Notes under the pieces: generated by a model
What the model was told of the DNA's origin: nothing
The model's input: only the letters and a program-made list of their open reading frames with translations
The model's database searches: none
Part shown: in pieces, positions 13,206-25,100 of the stretch
Layout of the letters: every line of letters starts with the position of its first letter
Numbering within the stretch: position 1 is the stretch's first letter
Source: Utricularia gibba
Lineage: Eukaryota; Plantae; Magnoliophyta
Length of the DNA stretch: 64,000 bases
Direction: 5' to 3'
Assembly (NCBI GenBank): GCA_002189035.1
Contig: NEEC01000002.1
Span: 2,356,001-2,420,000 of the forward strand
Made by a program: the position numbers and the translations under genes

Positions 13206-14013
13206 TTATCTAACCTGACAGTCTTCATCATTAAAGTGCTGTTGATGCTTCATCATCGTCTTCTCTGTTTCCTGAAGTTTGCTCGATGGGTCTCTGTTTT
13301 GATAGTCGGTATCCTCAGCCGGCAAGCGTCTTCTGCATTTGGGGCAGGTATTATGCAGTGCCAGCCATGGTAAGATGCATTCCTTGTGGTAGATGTGACT
13401 GCAGGGCAACCTTGTTGCTTCCTGATTCAACACAAAGTCGTCCAGACACACTACGCATTCAATGGATGCTTCGGTTTCCCCTGTCATCTTTTCATCAGGC
13501 AATGCCTCAACTGCGGATCTTGCTGCAGGTGGCGGCCCGTACACATTCCGATCATTCTGTAAATCCGATTCCACGAACTGACTGACCAAGAATGTCGGAA
13601 TATGGATATCATGTATTTCGCCGGCGAAGCTCATCATCCAGTTATGGGGATTAGGGCGTTGTGGCTACCAAGAAAAAGGAATCTTGCCCAACTCAATGCA
13701 TGAGGTATCGGTAAGTTGTGAACGTCGACGGGAAATGCTCTGATTCCAGGTAAGGGTGCAGAGAAGAAAGCGACGGTGCCGCCGCCCAAGATCGCGGCGG
13801 GTGTCGGAAACCATAGGTGTAAGAGATGCTTGTAGGAGCGGTTTGGAAATGGAGTTCTTGAAGTAAACGTTGTCCACAAATGGGGCAGCGGATCTGGTTA
13901 ATGGATGATCGCTGCCGCACCACAACCGCCACGTTCTCATTGCAGTAGCTGCAAAAACTCCACCGGAGTGCGACGGACGGCCTGTCGCTACGCACTGTTA
14001 GTTGCGTCGACAT
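13206..14013 (-). CDS. Zinc-ribbon plus RING-H2 E3 ubiquitin ligase (RING1-like); reading frame broken between the two domains
   Basis: N-terminal CxxC...CxxC (FCSYC...RCPIC) in ORF 13693-14013. C-terminal NDRNVYGPPPAARSAVEALP and RING-H2 (CVVC...CSHIYHKEC...WL...CPKCR) in ORF 13206-13637. The parts lie in successive frames; no GT donor of matching phase was found. Confidence 0.75.
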
Positions 14014-14362
14014 GGCGCTCGCCTCCAGATGGATCGGAGTAGAGAGTAGGCTGACTGCACCTCACAAATGTCGTTTTTTCTTTAAATCTGAAATATATTT
14101 ATTTATTTCACGAAAAATAAAAAAACATGTCCAATTAAATGTGATTAAAATTAAAATATTTTGTACGGCGTGGGAGCAAATCCTTAAATTCCGAAATCTA
14201 GGGATTTAATCACAATAATAAAAATTGGATTAAAATTTAAATCTAAAAAAGAAAAACCAAAGCGGAAACACTCAAAGCGTAAATCACTTGCACCAAACAG
14301 TGCTGCATGATACAAATACTAGTTGATGAAAGAGGAAATGAATCTAAAATTCCCACAGAAGG

Positions 14363-16020
14363 CTAGGCCTTCAAGGCACGGGAAAGCCTCTCAAAGAAGA
14401 CCTTGCACATGCTGGGGCTGAAAGTGATGGCTTCTTCCTTCATCCACCCTGGTGCAATCCTCTCCATCATCCCCAGGGATATCACACGATACAAGAATTC
14501 AGTTTCACCGGCCGAATTAGTCGTCAATGTAAGGCTGAAGGAATAGCCTGAAAGACAGGTAGTTGTGCATTCACCAGCCGGATCAGTTTCATGCAAATAA
14601 ATTTGCTCATTCCAGAAACTTAACCTCGGCATTCGTTTAAGCAGATGAACAAATTGCTGAGAAGGGAGAACGGGCCCTACCACTTGAGGGATGACTGGCC
14701 AAGATGCATGTTTCATTGTTTTCAGTGGAGACCGATAGTTTCAAGCCATGAAAAAGTTCCACAAGTTCCTGAAACACACAGTTGATTGAACCAGCTCTTT
14801 CACTGCCACCTGCTGCCCCCCAAAGAAAGCAAGTCAACAGACTGGGCAAGATAAACTTCCATCGACAAAGTATGCTTCCAGCAGAGGTGTACCTGAGCTA
14901 TGTGTCATCCTTGAGCAGCACGTAGGCTGAGTATGATGTGTGAAGTGTCAGGAAATATGTCGAGTTGCGGATGAAATGTAACATGCAACATGCATACCTG
15001 CTGCACCTTTATTGAAGCATCACCACCTTCATGTTGAACAGATCATTAGTTAGGTTCCAGACTGAGAGCCAAGCTATACTATCAGTAGCAGGCATAAATC
15101 TAAAAGTGCTCAAAAGTTCATGGCAAGATGTACAACATCTCTTCACCTTGAGTATAATCGTCTGAAGTTTTCAGTAGGGAGGTGTTTCCCACGAGGACCT
15201 CATTGTGGGTGCCTTTGTTGCGCTCCAACTCTTGGAACCTCTCTAGTTCATCTGATAGTTTCTTATCTAAAATCACGACGACGAAAATTCCCTTCGTCAA
15301 AAGATATGCTGCACACTGAGTGTGCGGATAGAAGATGCTAAATAGGGGCCCAAAAAAAACGAGCTTTTCACTAGGTAGAGAGATTTACTTTTCTGGTTTT
15401 CTTCCATCCAGAGCTTCTGGAAGTGATTTTGGTCCTTCCCGCCACCAGCTGATCTGCAACGAAACAATTTTCCTGATTTGAAACTCTAGAAAAAGGATTA
15501 TCTCAGGATCACGAAAGTACTCTTTATTATAAATTCTTGCCTCACAGAAGCAAGTTCATTACTTAGTTCATCAACTTTCCCATAGAGCCTTTCAGTTTCG
15601 CTTTTTAAATACTGAATCATTTCATCTGCAGCTGCATTAGACGACACACAAAGAATCTGAGATTAATTATTTGGAAGCAGAAAAAATGAATGAAGAAACA
15701 ATACTATCAGAATAAGTGATGCTGCCATATCATGAAACATACGGAAGCTCAAGCATGGCAAACCACAGTAGAAGTGCATAAATGTCCCTACACCTGGCTC
15801 CAAATACCGTTAAATGTAGTATTCAACATACCGGCCATGTAGCTCATGAACTTCTTTTCCTGGTCATGACTCAGTTTATCAAACGCCGATTCTTTCTCCT
15901 TCTACAGAAGAATGAGCAGCAAGAGAATGAGTTCATGAAATATGATAATAGTTTCACAGTCACAGATAGAACCTTGAGTTCAGAGTATTTTTTGTACAAC
16001 TTGGCGTAGAGGCTCTCCAT
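14363..16020 (-). CDS. TTN9: TITAN9-like protein, multi-exon, with one GC-AG intron
   Basis: Exon 1 ATG at 16020 gives MESLYAKLYKKYSELK|KEKESAFDKLSHDQEKKF. Later exons give PTCCSR, CVFQEL, ILASHPSSG|YSFSLT and LYRVISLG...APGWMKE...FSPSMCKVFFERLSR. Phases are consistent throughout. Confidence 0.88.
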
Positions 16021-16664
16021 CCGAGACCCCTAAAATACCGTTAACTAATCCCAGAAATGCAGTACAACCGGAAACGTCGAAGCGGGAGCGGACGAAAGAA
16101 ATGTGAGTGAAACCGAAAGGAAATCGAAAGAACGCCTGAAAAACCAAGAACCAGAACGCCAAGGACTTAGCTTTAGCTCCCAATTCGAAATATGGGCGTC
16201 AGTTAGCCCGAGAATCATATCGAATCCATAGAAATTGAAAAGAAAAACGAGAATTGAGCCAAAACAGACAGAAACAGCGCTACCTCGAAATCGCAATCCG
16301 ACCAAACCAACAATTGCCCTCTGAGGATGCCGAAATACAAAAGTTACCCAGGAAAATTCAAAAAGTTCCGAACGCCATATCGCGCCACAGCCTCCGCCGA
16401 CGGTTAGTGATGAAAACCTTAAAAACGACGTCGTGTTCACTTTCTACTCCATTTAGACTCCAAGCCTAGTGTTTTGATTGTGAAATAAAAATATTAAATA
16501 AAATCATATTTTATATTAAATTTTATTTATTATTATTGAATCTCCATTTTTAAATGATTATAGATTATTACGTTAAGTTTATTGAATTAAAAATAAAATA
16601 ATTTCTATTCATAAAAAAACACTTAAATTATTTATTATTTTAAAAATCTACATTATTTAAAAAT

Positions 16665-16887
16665 TGTTCTAAAAAATTTTTGAAAATTGTTTTTATTTTT
16701 GAAAATTATTTTTAAAAAATAAAAATAATAAATAAAAGTAAATAATTTCTTGTTTTTTAAAAATAATTTTTATAATATAATTTTAAAAATATTTTTGATA
16801 GAATTATTTTATAATTAAAATTGTTTTAAAATAAAATTATTTTTAATTTTAAAAAATATGAATAGTTTTTAAAAATTTTTCTGAACA
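16665..16887. repeat. AT-rich imperfect fold-back (possible degenerate MITE)
   Basis: Left TGTTCTAAAAAATTTTTGAAAATTGTTTTTATTTTTGAAAA resembles the reverse complement of the right end TGTTCAGAAAAATTTTTAAAAACTATTCATATTTTTTAAAA over about 40 nt. Low complexity weakens the call. Confidence 0.35.
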
Positions 16888-17269
16888 CTCATTTATACTT
16901 CTTTTACTGTGGCTACTTTTACTTTTACCGTTCACATCTGGCTGCCTCCATGCGTCTTCCTTTCACCTTCCGGTGTGCAAAACCAGATCTTGCGGTGGTT
17001 CCGCCGTCTCGATGGGACTTCCGACGCCTGACCATTTCCTAACGATCTGCTTTCATCCTCCGGTATGCTTGAATTGAGTAAACGAAGTGGCACGGCACCA
17101 TCAGCATTATTCCCACGAAGAAACTCAAAACTCAACAGGAATCAGGGAGCATAATACAGAGCGGTAGTTCATGCAAGCTTTTCAGAAACAGAGGACTGAG
17201 TCCGTGACGAGCTACGGCGCCGGACGTGGATGCAGCGGCATCAGCTTCCGGCGAGATGGGCATCATCAT

Positions 17270-19608
17270 TCATTCCTCTGTAAGAGGCTTCCGGGCTAGG
17301 AAGAAGTACATCGGCGTGAAAATCTCTTTTCTGCGAAACGAACCCGATATTCATTAGAACAGGGCGACTTTGGAACGAGAATTCAGTCTAGTGAGTGAGG
17401 CCTTACTTCGCCCCAGCGACTAGTCCATCGGCAGCTTTCTCCAAGAAAGCTTGAACTCTTTGGCTTCCCTTGGGAGCGATTCCAAGTTTCTCCAGACCCT
17501 TCACCTGAAGAAGAAGAAGGAGATATCAAGCTAACAAAACAACCCAGAGGCCTGCATTTCTGTGAATCTCACCAGGTTTCGAGTGACGAAGCGCCCGGGG
17601 ATTGTCAAACGGAAGTTGCTAAGAGAGAAGTGGCTGGGGTCAATTGGGAGGTACCAGGGGACCGGCGAGTCAACTGCAAGGTCTTTCTCCCACACAACCT
17701 GTTGAGATTCTGGACATGGTGAAATGCAGAAAGGAATGCGCAGGATGCAGAGCTTGGATTCTCAGACTTACTTCAAACCCAGCTAACCGAATAGCTTCAA
17801 GGCATTGGGTCGTAAACCGAATATCAGGGAGACCATTCCCGAGTTCAATTTCAGCCTCCATATAGACATCATCAGTCATGTATACAAGAAATCCACCCCA
17901 TGAAGCATACCAGTGAATATGGAGCTTACCTTAATCTGCTGGTGCTCTGAGTTTTTGGGATCGTATGCATCTGTCATGCACCATTCATAAGCAGCGAAAC
18001 ACTGACCGGGTTTGAGTACTCTGTATATCTCCTTATAGCAGCCGACCTGAGCAGACGCACAATCGCATTTCAATCAAGAAGGGGCTCATTTTCAACATTA
18101 CTACTCTGCGAGCTACAGAGGCTGATGATGAACAAGTGAGAGTTCACGTACTGCATCTGGGGCGTGGCATGTCGCCTCGATCGCATACACAGCATCAAAT
18201 GAATTATCCGGGAATGGCATCTTCATGAAATCAGCCTACATCGTACAGAAACATTGGCAAAGCTTTAGAGAGGGGGGATAACAAGCAAGCAAACACATGA
18301 GATTCATTAAACTGACTTTTACAAAGTCACATTGTTGCTCCAATCCTGCGAGGCGATTAAGAACCTGTTCCAAGATGCAACATCAGCCTTGAAAGAAATG
18401 CATATAGCACAAAAACAGCTGCCTGGTGTTTTAAGGAAAAGTAAAAGAAGCACCTTTCCCCTAGAAATCTGGTATTCGTTGTTGTTTAGACCCGTTACTG
18501 ATGTATAGCTGCAAGGGAAATCAATGGGAAACACAAAATTGACTTTGAGAGGCGTCATCAGATTAAATGGTACATTTAGCAGATTGTCAGGGCATGCTTC
18601 TTGCCTGAATCGAGCAATTTCGCGTAATGGTCCACCAATTCCACACCCTACGTCCAAGACCTGGAAATACAGAAAAAAAAACATTGTTCTAGGTGATCGA
18701 GTCTTAAAGCAGAATGTAAATGAAGAGAAGAGATAAAGATAAAGCACCTTCTGTCCTGGTTTCAGACCAAGTTGGAAGGCAAGGAAGTGCTCATGGCGCT
18801 TAATGCTCTCTCTTAGAGATTCACCCTTCCACCTGATAAGCCATATCATTCATGTAATCAGACCCAACAAAACTCCAGGTAATTGATTGCAGTTGCGTTT
18901 TCAAGGAACTACATTTGATAAACTAGGCTGGTTCCCGATATAAGTATAATATATATGCTTACCGCTGTGCAAAATGGAATGATTCTCCCCATCCATACTC
19001 ATAAAAACTTGTCACAAGGTCATAGTATTTATTGACCTGCAAAAAGGATGTGAAAATTTCATCTTCCCTGATTGATTATATTTTGCTCAGATAGTGAGGA
19101 AGAAATTGATCGAAACCACAAATCGATGGGTTTCAGATAGCATCGCCCAGGATGCAAACGAAATAACAATTTTTTAAAAGGAAAAGTTGGTGAAAACGAA
19201 CATAGATGATCTGATTCCTAGAACCAAGTAAGAAATCTCACCATGTCAGTGTAGTTGGATTTTCTTTCTTCCTCATTGCCTCCGTAGCAAACATGATACT
19301 TCTCATACCTATTTCGTAGGTGCACAACGACTAAGTCTCAACATATAAAGGACAATAAACCAACACCCACCTTCAGATCTGAAACAATTACACACACAAA
19401 GAGCAACTACAACTCCATGCTATACAGGAATTAATTAAATGCAGCCACCCATATAAAAAAAAATGTAACTTTACACAAAAAAAAAAAAAGAATGAATGTG
19501 ATAAGATGAAGAATGCAAGGGATACTTTTCAACAGCAGGGAGAACATCATCTTTCTCAATTCTTCCGCCAACCCCAGCCGCCAGATCCAATGTTCCTGCC
19601 CTAGACAT
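17270..19608 (-). CDS. SMT1: Sterol C-24 methyltransferase 1 (cycloartenol methyltransferase); 13 coding exons; one GC-AG intron; one apparent 1-nt deletion
   Basis: [19 protein letters not shown]..., [14 protein letters not shown] motif [31 protein letters not shown], and [14 protein letters not shown]. Stop at 17270-17272. Confidence 0.96.
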
Positions 19609-19857
19609 CACGATTCTCTCCTTTGCAAAAACTCAAGGTTCCCACAACAGGAATCTTCAGGATCTGATATAAACAGCAATATAAAATACGTCACCCGGAT
19701 TTAGGCAAAACCGGTTGTCGAAGTAACTAGGAATGGTACCCGATTCCGGAAATGTGAAGTTCAAGACTTTTCACAGGTATAGGATTAAAGCTGGACTATG
19801 GAGATGAGCAACGATGCAAGAGTGCAGAGACGCTGTCACTATGGCTCCAGGAGTGTA

Positions 19858-19966
19858 AAAGCTTTATAAATCAACCACAAAGGTGCAGGGACCGTGGCTC
19901 ATCATGTGACGAGTGATCTGTCAATCGTGGGGCCCATTAGATGTGAAAAAGGAAAGCTTTATAAAT
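19858..19966. promoter_or_regulatory. Putative bidirectional core promoter between SMT1 and RLF with two identical palindromic TATA cassettes
   Basis: AAAGCTTTATAAAT occurs at 19858-19871 and 19953-19966; TTTATAAA is self-complementary. A GTGGGGCCCA TCP-type site lies between them. Confidence 0.55.
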
Positions 19967-20565
19967 TCACCCTCTATCGATCACCCCTCAAGAGTCAAGA
20001 CTCGATTTTTGCAGGCACTTTGATTTTCCAAAGTGATGAATGGTAACCAGTTCGTGTAGCAATTCCCGAGTCGTATTTGATTGTTGTTTTTGTGCGTTTT
20101 GGGCTCAGTGAAGAACGTGAATGTTCAGCCGATGTTGTTGATCGGAGACGAGGAATCTTTTTTGTCAACTCCTTGACAGGAAATTCGCCCTCCTGGAGAT
20201 CTTTCTCGACAAAGTACATACCAATTTATGCGATTTCTCGTGTTTCAATTCATGCTTCTGATTATCTTGGTTTTTATCTTTCTCTTTTTCGATTCAGTAT
20301 TTTCGTTCCACCGTCACGTTTACAAGATTGGGTACGCAGCAGATGATTTCTTCTTGCTTGATTAACTCATGCTTCAAAATTGCTTTCAAAAAAACCGAAT
20401 CTTGGAAAGAACGATTACTCCCGTCAGTTTAGGGCATCATCGTCGGTCCAATTGAAGGGCTTTCCGAAAGAGAATTTGTTATTGTTTAGATTTTTAACTG
20501 GATATCCTCACCCATACAAATTTTGTTCCATGAATCGGATTTTGTGCAGGAGCAAGTGGGTTGCG

Positions 20566-21862
20566 ATGGACAGTGGTGAAGATTTTGCTTTCGCCCAAGT
20601 AAAGTCTAACTAGAATGATATGCATTCTCTTCATCTTTGCATCCTTGGTTGCAGTTTTGGTTACTGAAAACCTATCTCCTTTGTCCAAATAAGGTGCTGC
20701 CGCCTGTGGATAGTGCTGAAGTTTATAGGGTTGCCGATTGCGTCAGTGGCATACGAGTAGATGCTGGAGATGAAAATGGTTCTAGTCATGAGAACTTTGG
20801 GGTTGTACAGAAAGAAGGCACTACCTCCGCCCAGCAGGCTTCTGTGGGTTCATTGATGTTTACTGTGATAGATGCATCATCCCAGAAAGTTGATCAGCGA
20901 TCAAAGCATGAAAAAACGATAACCACCGAGAATTCAGATGCGGCTTCTGGAGGGATGGTACCTGTGAGGAAACCTAGAGCAAGAGTCAAGGTCCCCTTTG
21001 AGAAGGGCTACAGTCAGATGGACTGGCTCAAGCTTACAAGAACTCATCCTGACCTGGCTGGTACAATGAATGACTCTTAACTTCTTACGCTGTTATCCAT
21101 AATGACATCATCTTTCTCCTGAAGTTTAGTTTCTGGCATTTTCAGTTCAACGTTTAAAGCTCATGTGTTGAAATGAAACCACTCAACCAGGGTGGCTTTT
21201 CTTGTTCATTCTCTTTATCATGCACATTTTGAAAACATTCTCCTCTTCAGGATTAAAAGGGCAGTCCAGCAAAAGGCTTATATCGTTAAGTGAAGTGAAG
21301 CAGCATCAGTCCGATGGCCACATGTGGACTGTACTTAAAGGGCGTGTCTACAACATAGCCCCTTACATGAAGTTCCACCCCGGAGGTAGTAGCTAGATGC
21401 TTCCTTATGTGATCTGCTCGTACATCTATTTCCCTATTGTATTGTTCATAAAGATTGTATTGTGAAAGCTAACAGCCAAAGATGACACCTACCCTCTATG
21501 CATCTAAACAAACCTTCTGTTCATGTCGATTTTCATCTATTTTCGTTCCGAGTGGTTGCTTGGATGTTGATGCCTCATACTTCTGCTGCTCTATGTCTGA
21601 GATGCCTCTGTCTCTTGAAGGTGCTGATATGTTGATGAAGGCCGTTGGAAAAGACTGCACGTCCTTGTTCAGTATCCTTTGTTAATTTATACCTGGATTC
21701 ACAAGTTCTTTCACTAGGATCACTCTCTGATTCTTCTCTGTGGTGAAGCTTTGTGATCCTTATGGATGAAACTCAGACAAGTACCATGCCTGGGTCAATG
21801 CAGATTTCTTGTTGGAGAAATGCCTCGTCGGAATCCTCGACGACGGCCCATCGCCGGTGTAA
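20566..21862 (+). CDS. RLF: Cytochrome b5-like heme-binding domain protein RLF (REDUCED LATERAL ROOT FORMATION), 5 exons, intact
   Basis: [11 protein letters not shown]|VLPP..., [53 protein letters not shown] and [11 protein letters not shown]. Confidence 0.93.
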
Positions 21863-22033
21863 TCTTACGGCCGGAGTCCGGGGATACACAGTAGTTGTTT
21901 CATGTGCTGTTGGGGACATACAAAAAGACTATCCGACGCCATCTTGTATTTTTTCACATTGAAATTAAACCAATATAATAATAAAAATAATGGGTTTAAT
22001 TGAAGGAACTAAACTGGGGATTCGGAATTCAAA

Positions 22034-22138
22034 TTCGAAATTTGAAATTATAGCCGTTACAAACCCTTACCGCCTCTTTGAACTTGATTATATAAATAAT
22101 TCTTTTTTCTCTGTATTCGACTGTTTGAAAATTTCGAA
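22034..22138 (+). promoter_or_regulatory. G2/M-type promoter of TOP2: MSA core, five CHR-like TTYGAA motifs and a TATA box
   Basis: CCGTT (reverse AACGG) at 22054-22058. TTYGAA at 22034, 22041, 22077, 22124 and 22133. TATATAAA near 22089-22096. Confidence 0.5.
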
Positions 22139-22184
22139 GCTCTTCTGGACGTGCTCTCCGTGACTCTGCCGGAGCCCTAACTCC

Positions 22185-25100
22185 ATGGCGGGAGCGAAGA
22201 AGGGCCCTCTCATCAGCAGCAACAATGCCAACATTCTTCCGATGGAAACCGCGGCTGCTAGAGGTAAGAAGACGATCGAGCAAACGTACCAGAAGAAAAC
22301 GCAACTAGAGCACATCCTGCTCCGTCCTGATACGTATATCGGGTCCGTTGAAAAACACAGTCAAACGCTATGGGTGTTTGAGAATGATGCAATGGTGCTA
22401 AAGACGATCAACTATGTGCCTGGTCTCTACAAGATATTCGATGAGATTTTGGTCAACGCTGCAGACAACAAGCAGCGGGATCCGAAGATGGACTCCGTGA
22501 AAGTCACCATTGACGTTGAGACTAACTCGGTGAGCATTTATAACAACGGAGACGGAGTTCCTGTTGAGATTCATCAGGAAGAAGGGGTTTACGTTCCGGA
22601 GTTGATTTTTGGGCATTTATTGACCAGTAGCAACTATGATGATAACGAGAAGAAGACTACAGGTGGGAGGAACGGTTATGGTGCTAAGCTGACGAATATT
22701 TTCTCCACTGAATTTGTCGTGGAGACTGCAGATGGCAAGAGACAAAGGAAATATAAGCAGGTGCTAACAATTTCATGGTTTTTCTGTTTCCCATGTTTGT
22801 TGAAGACTGTAGTTCCTCATATTTTGCATCCTTCAGCTTTTCTAGGGTTACTTGCTGGATTATGCTAAGTTATATGGATAGATTTTATACTGGAATCCAA
22901 TTTGATGCACCATTTGTGGCTTCTGTATGTTTCTGAAGGTTTTCTCCAACAACATGGGGACAAAATCAGAGCCTGTCATATCTAAATGTAAAGCCAGTGA
23001 GAACTGGACAAAGATTACCTTCAAGCCAGACTTGGCGAAATTCAGCATGACTTGCTTGGAGGACGATGTTGTATCTCTTATGAAGAAGCGTGTAATTGAT
23101 GTGGCAGGATGCCTTGGGAAGACGGTGAAGGTGGAGTTGAATGGCCAACTCTTCAATTTCAAATCTTTCTCCAATTATTGTGACCTTTATCTGAAATCTA
23201 CAACCACTTCCAGTTCTGATCCTCTCCCAAGGTGTGTAATATCTGTGGAACTTAATTTTTTCTAGGTGGATTTCAGTTTCCTGAAAATGTTAAATGACGT
23301 TTATTATGATAGGTTTGAAGAAGAAGTGCACGATAGATGGCAAGTTTGTGTTAGTCGAAGTGAAGGACAGTTTCAGCAGGTAGGGAAGATCTTTTTCTTT
23401 TTCATCGCTAAGTTGAGTGAGGAGTCACAACCTCTTCAGAAGAAAAGGCTTGATGGGATTTTTAATTCATGCTACTGATGCCTTGATCAGGTCAGCTTCG
23501 TAAATGCAATTGCAACAATCAAGGGTGGTACTCATGTTGATTACGTCACGAATAAGATAACAACCCATCTAGTTAATGTCATGAAGAACAAGAACAAGAA
23601 GAACAAGAAGTTTGACATTAAACCACATACAGTAAAAAATCATCTGTGGGTGTTTGTCAATGCACTTATTGACAATCCAGCATTTGATTCACAAACTAAG
23701 GAAACTTTGACACTTCGAGCTCCTAGCTTTGGTTCTTCGTGGGAGTTCTCTTCAAAATTCCTGGATAAAGGTTTGGATTCACCGCTTTTCTTCTTTCAGT
23801 GGAGAAAATATTCGTCGGCTGGTTGGAACACCACTTCTTTTTCCTCTGTATGTCATTATGAACTCATCATCTGATCTGTTTAAATGCAGTTGCGAAATCA
23901 GATATAATGAAAAATATTGAGGAATGGGCAGATTTTAAACAGAAGAAAGACTTGAAGAAAACGGATGGCTCAAAGGACAGGAGAATATATGGACTAGCAA
24001 AACTTGCTGATGCAAATGAAGCTGGGGGCAAGAATTCTGAGAAGTGCACTTTGATTCTGACTGAAGGAGATTCAGCCAAAGCACTCGCTGTAAGTTGATA
24101 TTAATTAAAAACAGGTTGAAGTACTTCTAACCTCCCCTGCCTGGAGTTTCATATATTCTTCATCATTACTGATCAGGTCGCCGGACTTTCTGTTGTTGGA
24201 CGAGATCACTATGGAGTGTTTCCACTGAGAGGTAAATTGCTCAATGTGAGGGAAGCAAGCCATAATCAGCTTATGAACAATGCAGAAATACAGCACATCA
24301 AGCAGATATTAGGACTTCAGCATGGCAAGAACTATGATAGTGTCAAGTCACTAAGATATGGACACTTGATGATAATGACTGATCAGGTTTGAACCCTTGA
24401 ACAATTGTTTGAGAACTGATAAAATTAGTTTTTAATTAAAAACCTTTTCTTATGCAGGATCATGATGGCTCACATATCAAGGGTCTGTTGATTAATTTCA
24501 TCCATTCCTTCTGGCCATCGTTGCTCAAAGTTCCTACCTTTTTATTGGAATTTATAACTCCTATTGTTAAGGTTGGTTATTACACAACTTCCCTTATGTA
24601 CTTTTTTTGTTACCTTGGAGGATTTCCTCGTTCCGACTTTACATTTTCCCTTTTGTAGGCCACTCATAAAACAACTAAAACTAGGAAAGCATTCTACACA
24701 ATGCCCGAATATGAGGGCTGGAAAGATAGTTTGGGTTCCGATTCTAAGAATTGGTCCATCAAGTACTACAAGGTTAGTGTGCTTGAAATGTGATCGAAAT
24801 TCCAAGGTATAAATACGGTGTTCATCTGATGATGATTGTTCGCTACTTCTGAAGGGGTTGGGAACGAGCACAGATGCTGAAGGGAAAGAATACTTTGAAG
24901 AACTTGACAAGCACAAGAAGGATTTTGTATGGCAGGATGATGAAGATGGAGAAGCTATAGAGCTGGCTTTCAGCAAGAAGAAAATTGAAGCGAGAAAGAG
25001 CTGGCTACGACAATTTGAGGTACCAAAGCGACCAGCGTTGCATCACAATGTGGTGCAGATACCGTTGTTTTCTTTGTTCATTCATTCTAAATGAAAGTAC

